Source of the DNA: Fonticula alba ATCC 38817
Lineage: Eukaryota; Protista; Nucleariida
Assembly: GCA_000388065.2 (NCBI GenBank)
Contig: KB932202.1
Direction: 5' to 3' (one strand)
Length of the DNA stretch: 35,769 nucleotides
Position 1 is the stretch's first letter; the number at the start of each line of letters is the position of its first letter. The position numbers and the translations under genes are program-made. This document shows, one piece after another, positions 20,714 to 33,151 of the stretch. The notes beneath the pieces are model-generated. The model did not search any database, was not told the origin of the DNA, and saw nothing but the letters and a program-made list of their open reading frames with translations.

Positions 20714-23700
20714 ATGCGACTCCCCCACGAGTCGGTCCCGGCAGAGGAGAGCCTGGCCCTGATCGACAGACACCCAGGCTCAAGACCGGGCACTGCGGGG
20801 AACCCCGACGCCCCGGCCGGGTCCAGCACGCCTCCCCTCCCTGCCCCCCGCTCGCTTGCCTCGCCACCACTGCTGCCCCTGCACCAGCCCCATCCCGGCC
20901 AGCCTCCGACGCAGGCCTTCACCGCCACCCGGGACTCGCACGTATCCCTGACACCGGACCTCGAGTCGCTGCACGACGCGGACTCCCTCTCGGAGGAGGA
21001 CCTCGACCCCGGTCAAAGCCCCCCCTTTCGTCGGCCGACCTTCGACCACCCGTCGGATCTGACACACCTCAAGCAGGCCATCCACAAAGCCCAGGCCCAG
21101 CAGCACCCCCTCGGCCAGCGCCCGCCCCCCTACCATCACCCGCCCCGGGCTCGACCGGTTGCCAACCTCGCCCCCGCTGCTTCCCCTCCCCGGTGGTCAG
21201 CCTCCCCGTCGGTTCTCGCGTCGCTGCTGGCTCCGGCCTCCCGGCGGCCCTCCCCCTCCTCGCCGGACTTAGACAGCTCGGGCACCGATCCGGAGAACGC
21301 CTCGGACTCGGCCACGGCTTCGCCCTTTTCCCCCTCCTCCAGCCAGCGGCACCACTCTCGCCGAGGGAACTCGTCGCTTCTGTCCTTCTGGAATCAGCTC
21401 ACCACCCGGGCCTTCTCCTACGCCATTGGTGATCTGTACTACCCGCCGGACAGCGAGCGTGACATGAACGCCTACTACGACCAATCGTACTACGCCGAAG
21501 CGCCCCACCTGGCCGGCGCGGCCGGGCCCAGCATCAACGACCCGAGCACCAGCGTGCGTGGGCTTGCTCTTGGCCTTGCTCTTCTGGGGGGGGGGNNNNN
21601 NNNNNNNNNNNNNNNNNNNNNNNNNNNNNNNNNNNNNNNNNNNNNNNNNNNNNNNNNNNNNNNNNNNNNNNNNNNNGGGGGGCGGGGCGCATTCCCTTTT
21701 TTCCCATTTCTCCCACTGGGCCGGTCGCCCTTGTGTCTTGCCGGGCGGCTGCTTTGCACGGTCATGGCCATGCTCCTCTAACCCGGCCCCTGCTTGCTGC
21801 TCCCTCCCGTCCTCGGCCACCGCGATGTGCAGGGCCATGAGGGCAACTACCCCAGCTATCTCCCGCACCTGCCGTCCTCCTACTACTCTTCGCTCTACCA
21901 GGCCGACGGGTCCGACTATGACGAGTCCAGTGACATGGACGGGCTCCTGGCCAACAGCCACACGAGCCCCGCGCAGATGGGTCTCTCGGGCACGGGTGCC
22001 GGCGCGGGCGCCGGCGCCTCCCAGGCCCCCGGAGCGTCGGGCGCCTCCCCCTGGCTTAGCGCCAAGCCGCCCGTGGTCCCCTCGTCGTTGGATGTCCCCC
22101 CGCCGACTCAGCAGCTGTATGGCGTCATGGGAAGCACGCGGCGCGACCAGCACCCATCCGGCACGCCGGGCAACGTGACGTTCGATGACGGGACTCCCTT
22201 CAGCCCGATCCCGAACATGATCTTCATCCTGCTGGAACTGGCGCTCCTGGTGCGAGCACATGCCTGGCCCCCTTTTGGGTATTGATATGCCCCCCTCCCT
22301 CTCCCCCCTGCCCTGCTTGTCGTTCTCACGCGCCGCTGTGCCTTTCCCTCCCCCCCCCCTCTCCCTCCCCCGGCCAGTCGGTCCATATTGCGGCCATCTT
22401 CGTGGAGCCCTTCGACCCGGAGTCCTGGTTCCCGGCCCCGCTGCACATTGGTGGCTACATTCCGGAGGCTGCGAGCGGCGTGCTGGCCTCCGCCGGTGAT
22501 ACCATCTACAGTGCGCTGTTCCGCTCGCGTGTGGCCCTGCAGCTGATCATCACCCTGGCGGTGGTCCTGCTCGACCAGATCAATCGCTACCTCTTCCGGA
22601 ATGCCCGGTCTCAGGGTGCGTCCTTTCTCGGCCTGGTCGCAACAGATGCATCTGCCTGGCCGCCCTACTTACCTGCCATTCCCCGGGCCCTGTCGACCCA
22701 ATCCTCGCACATACACACACACACACACGCACACACACACACACACACACTTATGTCCACATTGTTTTCAGGCTACCTCCGGTTCTTCCGCTCGACAAAT
22801 GCCCTCTCCCGGGTGCCGACCATCCTCTATGCCTTTGGCTGTGCCAGCCTCCTGCTTCTGTATGCCTTTTCGGTCCCGGCGCCGTCGGCTACCCCCCCGC
22901 CTCCAGAGGCTGGGAGCCTGGTAGCTGCGACGGTAGCCGCCGCCGCCGCCGACTCCACTGCCTCGCCCATCGGTGCTCTTCTGTCGGAGGAGTGGCCGAT
23001 GGTGTATATCCGGGCGCTGACCGTGGCGGAGGCCGGTCTTTCGGTTGTGGCCCTGCTGGTCCTCTTGTGTATGTCACCATCATGCCTTCTCCCCTCTTTC
23101 CTACGTGCCTCTGAGCATGGGGCCCCGCTCTGACCTGTGGACTTGCCTGACCCGGTACCCCCGTCGCCGCTGCCGCCCCCCTCCGGCCATCAGTCCGGAC
23201 TGAGTGGTTCCGCCGCCAGCGTGCGGCGCCTGACGCCACGGCTGACTTGATGCTCCCCTCCTTCATGTCGAAGAATGTTGGCCCCGGCTCCGGGTACGTG
23301 CTGCTTGCTCCTGCCCCTGCCTGCCCTGCCCTGCCCTGCCCGCTTGCCGCGCGGCCTCCTCTGACCGTGGATCTCCTCTCGTTTTGCCCCCCCCCCCTCT
23401 CTCTCTCTGCCTCCCTCCCTCCCTGCCTCGCTGGCCTGCCCCCACTCCACCCACCCTTGCACCGGCAGTGCTGCCACCGCCGGGCCTAGCTCCGCGCCAG
23501 ATGACAGCATCGTCGACCGGCAGGCCGACATGATTCGCTTCCTGCATGATCAGCGCTCGTCTCTGCTGATGCGGGTGATGGAGCTCTCCGAGCGCCTGCG
23601 ACAGTTCGATGACTCGGTCGCCGGGGCCCATGCCGACACCACGGCCGACGTGGCCGGGGAGGTGGACGATCTACGCAATCGCCTGTATCAGGCACAAGAC

Positions 23701-23975
23701 CTGCTGAATGCCTCGCGCAAGCAGCAGATCGAAGCCGAAACGGTGCGCCCCCCTTCGGCCCACAGAGAGACCCTCCGTGTCTTGGTGGGGCTATTTTCCC
23801 GCATCCCCACCCTCTCAAAAACGCATGCGACTCACACACGTACCTTGCCCTCGGCGCCTCCTCCCCCCGGGCCTCGCACCAGAACTTCCAACGTGCCGTG
23901 GCACAGAATGACCTCCTCAATAAGGAGCTGCAGCAGCTCCGTCAGCGCCTGTCCACCTCATCGACAAAGTCGTGA
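20714..23975 (+). CDS. TMEM192 / plant FIP1-family membrane protein (~744 aa; 7 exons)
   Basis: Exons 20714-21553, 21833-22249, 22378-22615, 22772-23068, 23194-23293, 23469-23742, 23907-23975 splice in frame (2235 nt). About four hydrophobic segments. RSQGYLRFFRSTNAL and IVDRQADMIRFL match recalled TMEM192 motifs (RGYxxxYRSTRHL; IVEKQGDTIEYL). C-terminal coiled coil. The exon 1-2 link crosses gap 21596-21676 and is less certain. Confidence 0.75.
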
Positions 23976-24490
23976 CGGAGGGGGAACCTCGCAACGGGCG
24001 CGTGCGTGCCACCCGGAGGATAGCCTTCCCCCGCTGCTGCGGCGATATGCCCATTGGCATTTCCACAATAAAGAAACAAACCTTCGATGCGCCCTTGCCC
24101 GGCTTTCGCCACCCCCTTTCCTGGGGACAGTCCCCTGTGTCCCTTTCTTCATGGACGGCCTCTCCCGCTCCGCGATGCGAGCCCAGCCGGGATATCATAT
24201 TGAGAGGGACGAGAAGAAAGTGTGTATTCGATGGAATATTAATCTACAAGGAGCCTTTTGCCCTGCCCTTCTTTGGGAAGAGCATCTGGTCCTCTTTCCG
24301 GGGGGGGAATAGGGAGACAGAGCCTGAAGCGCAGGCGGGAGGGGGGAGGGGGGGGAGGAGGAGGAGCGAGGAATCAAAAGAAAAGAGGGGAGGGGACCCG
24401 CTGTGCGCGAAGATCCCACCGCACGGCGAGAGGTCACTCTCTTTGTCTGGCCTGTGCGCGGTGCAATAGGAGGGGGGGGGGGGAAGGAAA

Positions 24491-24500
24491 TAATTGTACA
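24491..24500 (-). promoter_or_regulatory. Candidate 10-nt Puf5-type element UGUACAAUUA in the PUF gene 3' UTR
   Basis: UGUA-N4-UA about 155 nt downstream of the PUF stop codon, in an AU-rich island. Confidence 0.35.
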
Positions 24501-24506
24501 AAAGCT

Positions 24507-24512
24507 AATAAA
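24507..24512 (+). promoter_or_regulatory. AATAAA putative polyadenylation signal (TMEM192-like gene; another at 24067-24072)
   Basis: Exact AATAAA hexamers downstream of the 23975 stop in otherwise GC-rich DNA; the 24507 copy is followed by a T-run. Confidence 0.35.
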
Positions 24513-24653
24513 ACATTTTTTTTTCTGGGAAGATGCGTGCACCACCCCAGGGAGGTTTTTACGCCCAGATACCAGCCCTCTCTCTTTCTCTTAATCTCTC
24601 GCTCTCTCTCTCTCTCTCTCGCTCTCTCTCTCGGTGTCAAATGCGACACACGC

Positions 24654-26945
24654 TCAGTCGTTGCCGGCGTGGGAGATGGCCAGCTTGGCCGGGGGGACCA
24701 GATTTCCCACACTGGTGTCGAGAGCAAAACGTGACGAAGCAGGCACGGTCGTCGATGGGGCACTCCCAGCCACCGAGCTGCCACCGCCCGAGGCGAACAG
24801 GGCGTTGGTGCCAAGAGCTAAGGGTGTTGCCATGGTGGGGGGGGGGGGGAAACACCGAAAGATGAAAACAAACACAGACGGCGGAGGGTTAGAAGGAGAG
24901 GGCAGGCCACATTGTTGCACGGGCAACACATCGGCAGCCACGGGCGCAGGAGGCAACCACATGCTAAGGAGGCACAAGAAGGAGAGCCGCAAAGGGGGGG
25001 GGAGAGAGGGAGGAAGGCTAGAAAGAAGCACATACCGCCACCAGAGTGGACAAAGCTGGGCATCAGATGAGCATGGTGTCCAGTGGAGCCACCAAGCAGC
25101 GGAGACGCATGGACCACAGTACCAAGACTGTGGCTACTGTTGCCGCTACTGCCACTGCTGTCACCGTCGCCGGCGCCGGCGCCGCTGCCGTTGCCGCCAC
25201 CACCAGCGCCATGGGGGTGGTGAGAAGGGTGGTGGTGGTGGTGGTGGTGGTGCGCATGGGCTTGGTGGAAGCCATGGCCCAGAGCCGAGCCAGCCGTGGG
25301 ATCATGGCCCACAGCCGGATGGTGATAGTACGGCTCGGCGGCAGCGCTCAAGCCGACGGTCGAAAACATCGACGACAGAGGAGAGATGCTGGCGCTGGGG
25401 GCATGCATTCCGGATCCGGCCACTGACATTGGGAGCATGAAGGACGGGGAAGTGCCTGTGCAATGTGGGAACCGCGGTCAGAACGAGAGAGGGAGGGTGG
25501 GGTGGGGAACAGAGAGGAAACAAGCGATGCGCAAGCCAATGAGCAGCCGCATGTTGAAAGGAGAGGCAAACAGCAGGAAAAGGAGAAAAAAAAAACACAC
25601 GCACCGAGAGCCGAAGGGAAAGAGGGGCCGGAGAAGGGGGTGCCCGAAGGGACGCCCGCCGCTCCGGTGAGAAGAGATACGCTTGGCGAGGCGGCAGCGG
25701 AGGAGCCAGCACCAAAGGAGCCTTCTCTCATGTGCTGCCGCAGGTGGTAGTCTGTGCGGGGTGTTTAAAATGAGATGAAGAACGAAAGCGGAAGAGGAGG
25801 AAAACGTCAGAGAAGGAGACAACCACATTCCCAAACACAAAGTGCGATGGGGCATGAGCTTGGAAAAGACCGCCGACTGGCTGTGCCCTCCCCCCCCCCC
25901 AGACACACACACACAGCAACAGCAGCAGTAGCATGAAACGAACCAGTCAGGTGGGGATGATGATGCAGGGCCGCGGCCTGGCTGACTGTCGACGCAAGAT
26001 CCGACGTTGCCTTGAAGTCGGCGCCGATTGAGCCACCCAGTGACCAGGGGACCGGAGGCGAACTGGCCAGTGGAGACACATTTCCGGTGGCGCCGCCGGC
26101 TCCGGCAGCCGAAAGATCGGCGCTGGCGCTTCCCAGAACCGCCGGGTGCGAGAGAGCCAGCGATGAGGGGGTTGAGTGCGAGCGAACCAACGACGAGGAA
26201 GAGGTGAGGGCACCATTGCTGCCGCTGGAACTGGCAGCCGCCGCGGCCGTCAGGAACCCCGACGTGCTTGTCATCGGTGAACCGGACAACCCCAGCGACT
26301 CGCCAAATGCGGCAGCCCCATCGGTCGGGAGCCGACGTTGGTCCTCATGGAGGCTGCCGCCTCCGCCCAGAGGCAACGATACCGGGGCCGTGGCCGAGCT
26401 CTCAAGGTCCGAGGCAGATCCCACGGAGGCAGGGGAATCCCCACCTCCGGTGCCGGGCTGCCGCATGGATGCGAGCAGATGCACAGGGCTGCTGCCGCCG
26501 CTCCGGCTGCTGCTGCCGTTGTTGCTGTTGTTGCTGGCGCTGCTGCTGCTGCTGCTGTTGCCGCTGTTGGCGGTTGCCGCAGCCGCCGCAGCCGCCGTGG
26601 CCGCCGCAGCCGCCGACATCGAGCCCATGCCATCCGGGCTGAGAGACAGCCCGCCAGCCGGCGAAGAGGGAGCCGTATTGGTCCCGGCCAGATCGGCCGC
26701 GCTGGCATACGTATGCAAAGAGTGCGGATAATGAGGGTGATGGGATGGTGGCAGGTGATGGTGGTGGTGGTGGCTCGCCGTGGTGGAGGCCTGCGGACGC
26801 AACTCCGGGGAGGAGCCCCGCCGAGAAGAAGTCTCCCCGGTGACGGGTGCCACGCTGAAGACATGCGAAAGACCGGTGGCCGAGGTGCCCTGCGAATGGA
26901 GATGGGGATAGTGGAGGTGGTGGGGATGATAGGATCCTGGTGCCG

Positions 26946-26994
<49 letters not shown>

Positions 26995-27428
26995 ATGCTG
27001 CTGCTGGGTGTGGTGTTGCTGATGATGATGATACAAATGAAGAGAGTGATCGTGAGGACGCGACCCCGGGGCACCGACTGTCTGAAGGGCTGGCAGTCCG
27101 GAGCTGTGGAAGAGCGCGCCGGGAGCAGAGGCCGATGTGGTGGTGGTGGTGGTGGATGCTGCCGCCGCCGCAGCAGCAGCGGCAGCAGCCGCAGCAGCCG
27201 CAGCAGCCGCCGACGATGAGGTCCCACCAGGCCCACCAAGTACATCAAAGTACCCCTCGTGTGCCCCAACATGCGAGTAATGCTGGAAGGAGCCAGCGCC
27301 AGACATCAGCCCGACCGCCGAATGGCCATGGTGATGATGATGATGATAATGAGCCGGCGAAGTGTGGTGCTGGTGGGGGTGGCCGAAGTAGGAAACCTGG
27401 CTGGTGGCCATGTGGCCGCCGCCGACGG

Positions 27429-27466
<38 letters not shown>

Positions 27467-28392
27467 CCCGTGCTGCCCCCGCCGCCAGCCCCATTGAGCA
27501 TGTCCAAGGAAGCAACGCCCGAGACGCCGCCACTACCGCCGATGGAGGACGAAGACGAGGAGGGAGGCGACAAGGGCGACAGCGCATCCAAGGACAACTT
27601 CCCGAAGGACAAGTGCAAGTCCGAGCCCGAGGCAGACCCACCACTGGCAGACGCGCCGGCCGACATGGGCCGGGCCCCGGCCGACATGGCCCCCCCGGTC
27701 GGAGGAATGCCACCGGCAGAGTCCGAGGTGAGCCCGATCCCGGAGCGACCCAGAGGCGGTGGCAAATGCCCACCCGCCACCATGGGGTCCACCCCGAGAG
27801 CCAGCAAGGCCGGCGAGGAGAAGGAGCTCGAAGGGGAAGTGGACTTCGAGCCAACAGCCGAGGCCGGAGCCGAGGCGGAAATGGGCAGTGCCCCGGTCGA
27901 CCCGGCGGCCGCCAGCGAGGAAATCGGCGACAGGAGGACCGAGGAGGGGGAAAAGGAGGGCACGGCGGCCGCGGCCGCGGCCGCGGCCGTCGCCGCGGCT
28001 ACCGCTGCCGCCGCCGAAGAGCTGCTACCACCCGGCCCAGGGAAGGGGCTCATGCCGGACAGCGACAGGGATTGGATGCGCTGGCTGAGAGCGGCCCCGG
28101 GCACACCGCCAGACAGCAGCCCATGCGACTGCTGCTGGTGGGCATGGTGGTGGTGGTGATGGTGGTGGTGATGCGCGCCAAGCTCAATCCCCAGGGCCGA
28201 GTGGCTGCGCATGTGCGCGGTTTGCGATGGCTGGTATGTGTGCTGGCTGGCAGGGTGCTGGGAGGAGTGATGGTGAGGTGACAGCCCGGTGGCCGACGTC
28301 GGCGCCGGCACCGGAGCCGACGGGTGAGGAGGCTGGTAGGAGTGGTGAGAGGGCGCCTGGCGTGAGGCCGAGCGATGCCCCGCCGCGGCCGC

Positions 28393-28425
<33 letters not shown>

Positions 28426-31400
28426 GCCGACATGGTGATGCGAAGGGTGCGAGTGCGCCCCGGCGGGCTGATACGACGCGTGCTGCTCATGATGATGATG
28501 GTGATGATGCGAGTAGTGTCCCCCGCTGCCCGAGGTCATGGAATCGACAATGGCCCCGGGTGCGAAGGCCGGCGCGGAGAGGAATCCCCCTGCCGACTGG
28601 TGGCGAGAGGAGTGATGGAAATCATCGGCCATGGCGGCCATGGCCCGGTCGCCCAAAGCGCCGGGCGCAGATCCACGAGGCAGCCCGGCGGTCCGGGTCA
28701 CCGGGGACGACGAAAAGTCCCCGGCCACCGACCCGGCGGCCGTCGTCGAAAAGGCAAACGATGAGGGCAGTGCCGTGGCCGGGGCCGCGAGGATGGCCGA
28801 CCGCGGGGCCGAGGGATCATTCCGGTCGTAGGAACTCCCAGGAAGCGACGGCGATGTGGGGATTGACAAAGCCACGGCATCCTGGCCATTGGTCAGGGTA
28901 GCCATGGCAGTGCTTGGCCCCGCGCCAATTGCCAGCATCCCCGCCGGCAACGAATCCCCGGGAAGAGTCAGGGCTGATACCGGGCCCAAGGATGCCGAGT
29001 CGATGCCCGGGGTCTGGACCGATGTCACGCCGGCCGGCGTAAGAGCCTCGGAGCTGGACACCGGCGTGGTCCCATCACCGCCCAGCTCCTCGGATGAGGA
29101 GGACCCCAGCGATCGGGTGGACAGCAGCCGGTCGGAATCCGAGCCAAGGTGCTCCAAGGAGGCGGATGCCGAGGCGGGCGACGAGCTGGCCGTCACCATT
29201 GGCGAGGGGAGCCCCTTCGACCGGCGGGTCGTCGGGACGCCGGCAGGCGCAGCAGTGGCCAGCGCAATTGCCCCGGTCGATGCGGCGGCTGCCGGCGGGA
29301 GGGCCGCCGCTGTGGCGGCCGCCGCTGCCGCATCGGCTGCCAGCAGCGAGTCCAAAATGGTGGCCACCTTGGATTGGAAGCGCTTGAAGTAGGGCAAGTG
29401 CCGGATGTTGGGCTGGAGACTGCGAATGCGCTCGGCCACCTCCCGGCGCTGGTCCGGAGCCGCCACATCGAGGCACGTCTGCAGCACATAGTTGCCGAAT
29501 TGGTCCTCGATGAGCTTCTGCAGGCACTTGACGTCCGTGAGGAAGCTGATGAAGTGCCGCTGGATGGCCGGCTCACACCGGCGCACGCACTCCTCGATGA
29601 CATTTGAGCTGAACTTCTGGCAGGACAGCGTGATGAAGTGGTCCACGTAGATGCGCGACAGGGTGTTGATCATGTTCCGGCGGAAGACCGGGTCCATGGC
29701 CGGGGAGTTGGCATTGAGCATGGATGCCGCCGGAGGCAGGTCCGCGTGGAAATCCAGGTCCATCTGCGAGGGGGGCGGCCCGCCGCCAGGGCCACGCGGC
29801 TGGGGGATGCGCTTCGGCGATTCCGGGCACAGAATGTACGACACAACATAGTTCCCGTAGGGGTCCTTGACCAGGGGGAGGGCATTTTCGACAATCTTTT
29901 CCGCCAATTGGGCCTGCGGGGAAACCGAAGCAACGGGGGGGGGGGGGGGAGAGGAGGAGGTAAGTATATGCGGGACCGAGCGAGGCAAGAAAAGGGCAGT
30001 GGAAATCGAGTGGGCAAGGGGCCCTCGGCACGCGAGCAAAAGCAGGGAAGAGAGGGGCATGCGAGGAGGAGAGCCCTCCTCCCTGGCACCGCCCGGCGAT
30101 GGGCAACGCACGAGCTGGCTGGGGCTAGCAGAGTCAATGCACCGCTGGAGGACGCAGCAGCCATGGCGATGCGAGGCGACCGCCATGCAGTTGGAGGTCA
30201 CGGCGTCGTAGATGAACTGATTCTGCGGCGAGGGAAGGCATTCCAGACAGCGCTGGATGACGTGGTTCCCATTCAGGTCTTGGATCAGGGGGACCACGCT
30301 GTCGCTGAGGGCCGCGATAACCAGTTGCATCTGCATGATGGAGAGTCAGAGAGAGAGAGAGGGGGGGGGGGGTGCGGTGCACACCAAGAGAGGATGCCAC
30401 AACGATTCGAGCAGGGGAGAAGGCAGGCGAGGGAAGGCAGGGGTGCCTGCGTGCGCACCTGCTCGTCGTTATCCAGATGGTTGATCAGCCGCTGAACCGA
30501 GCGTGTCCCGTGCATATTGAGGGAGACCGTCACCAAGCCCGGGGCGGCCTGACGAACGAGCTCAGTGCGCTGAGTGGGCGAGCAAAATTGGAAGAGCTTC
30601 TGGCACAGGTAGTTCCCGAAGGGGTCGCTCATGAGTTCCAGGATGGACCCGAACACCTCCTCGAAGATCACGTCGAGGAAGCTCCCGGCGCCGCTGGCAG
30701 CCCCATCGAGCCCGCCATGGGCCCCATCGTCCGGAGGCGAAGCGGAGGGGCCGGAGGCAGACGCGCCGGCAGTGTCATTGGTCGAGGTCACGGAGAGGAC
30801 CTCATCCTCGAGGATCTTCTGAAGGAAGCGACAGCCATTCTGGTCCTTGTATAGGCTGTGCACATTCCCGCTCAGCTTGGCCGGTGAGGAGAACCGAGTG
30901 CTGAGGGACGTAAATGAGGAGGAGGAGTTGGAAGAGGCGGCTGCTGCCGCCGCTGCCGCTGACGCCGCCGCCGCTGACGCTGATGAGGATGAGGAGGCTG
31001 ATGCTGCTGAGGCTGGCGCCGTTGAAGTTGGTGCTGCTCCGGCTGCTGCTGATGGTGCGGTGGCACTGGAAATGGATGCCGTGGCGGCGGCGGCGGCGGT
31101 GGTGGTGGTGGTGGTGGTGGCGATGGTGGTGGGAGCTACTGACGTAGCAGCCATCGAGCTCGCCGATGAAGCCCCACCGACGCCCGGGGAAGTGGAAGAG
31201 GAAGGAAAGGAGCCGGGGGATGCAGTACGGGACACGGCAGCCGGCACGGCCAGCGCCGGGGTGCCCGTCGCCGAATGTGACTGGCCCATGGATGAGGGAC
31301 CGGCGGTCGCGGCGGAGCCCACGCCCATCGTCAAATCCCCGAGGTCATCCACCGCCGAGAGGGCGGCAGGACGATGCACCGATGCCACCGGGCCCGGGAG

Positions 31401-31951
31401 AGCTGCTGGCTGCCGATGAGATGAGGCGGATGCGACGCTGGCCATGGCGGCGGCGGTGGTGGTGGCGATGGCGGCCGGAGCGGTCATGTTTGAGCAGGAA
31501 GGCGATGGCGTGGCCTCCCGGCCGGAGGGATCTTGGGCCGGGGTGATCGGTGAAGTGCCTGAACGCGACAGCGAGCCGGCCAGATCGGCCCGTTCTCGGA
31601 GGACCACATGTGGAAGTGAACCGCCGAGGGCCGCCGTGGGCCGGGCAGTTTGAGTAGGATGGAAGGCCACCAGTGCTGCGGCGGAGGAGCCTGCATCGAC
31701 GGTGGCAGTTGTCTGACCGAGCTGCGAGCCCGGATGCGCGGTCGAGGCTGAGGGGGCGGGATGACCCCCGCCGCCGCCGCCGCCGCCGCCGCCGCCATAG
31801 GGCTGACGACCGGTCGAGGAAGCGCGACTCGATGCCCCACCGGGGGCGGCAGCCCCACGCCCGGACCGGAAGCCGGCACCGTGGTTCCCGCCACCCTGCG
31901 ACGCATGGTCGCGCCCTCCGGCCGAGCGGCCCTTCGAGGAGTTGGGATTGT

Positions 31952-31982
<31 letters not shown>

Positions 31983-33107
31983 GCGAGAACGATCACTGGC
32001 CGAAGGAGAAACATGGGACAAGGTCGTGGACGCCAATGGACCACCGGTTTGCGGGAAGCCGGCATGCGCATGTGATCCCCCGCCGGGCGCGGCCGATGAG
32101 AGAGAAGACTGCTGACGGCGGAGGTTCCGGCGCTTGGGGCCATGCGAGGGGGCCCCGCCCCCGGGGACATGGTGTCCACTGGGGGATGGGTGGCCAGGCC
32201 CGGAGGACTTGCCATGGTGGTGGCGCTGGTGCGCGGCTGTGTGGAAGGCCACAGGTCAGGACCCGGTGTTCGGGAGCAGAGGCAGGAGAGCGGGACCCAT
32301 GAGGGGGTGGTCGAGGAATGGACAGCCACAAATGATGGGCAGAGAGAGTGGGAGAGAGAGAGAGGGGGGGGGGAGACGGGGAGGGGGAGAGAGGCACGTA
32401 CACTGTTGCGAAGAGGGGCCCCGGGGGAAGACGTCCCCCAGCGGGGGGTGGTATTGGCTGCCTCCGGTGCCTCCGACATCGGCGCCAGGCTGGCCAGGCC
32501 CTGGCGGAGCCAGCAGCGGAACGGCACTACCACCGCCACCGCCACCGCCACCGCCAGTGCCAGTGGTGAAACCCGGAGGAGCTCCGGTGGCGCGAGAAAA
32601 GGCACCGGCACCAGGCCCACTCGCGGGGGCATTCCGGCCCGAGGGGTTTGGAGCTGAGTGCGAGAAGGGAGCATGATGGGGATGATGGTGAGAATGGCCC
32701 GCGCCTCCTCCGGATCGCGAGGGGCCACCCACCAGGGGAGCCATGTGCGAGTGGTGCTGCGGATGCTGCGGATGCTGGCCCAAGGGAACGGCCACCGGGG
32801 GGATACCGGCAAAGGTGCCAGCGCCCGGTGTGCCGGAGGCAGCCGGCAGCGCCGGCCTCGGCGCGACAAAGTTCAGATAATCGGTGTCCGAGCATGGGCC
32901 GGAGCCGCTGCCGGGCCCGCCGCCATGGCCGCCGGCTCGATGGTACTGAGCAGGAAGGCCAGGCGACCGGGCGGTTCCGACCCCGGATCGATTGGAGGAA
33001 GTGCCGGAGGTGGGGCCGGAAGCCTGGGCACCGCCGGGAAGGGGACTGCAGTTGCTGCCGCGATGAGATAGACCGCCGGCGTGGGTGCTGCCGCTGCTGC
33101 TACCGGA

Positions 33108-33151
<44 letters not shown>

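Noticed and set aside
25807-25943. ORF-track C-terminus of the PUF protein (...VCVCLGGG...)
   Set aside because: A GTTCGT donor at 25943 links in phase to further His/Ser-rich exons, so this segment is intron.
26012-29607. Long + strand ORFs antisense to the PUF gene
   Set aside because: Shadow frames of GC- and repeat-rich coding sequence with no domain signal.
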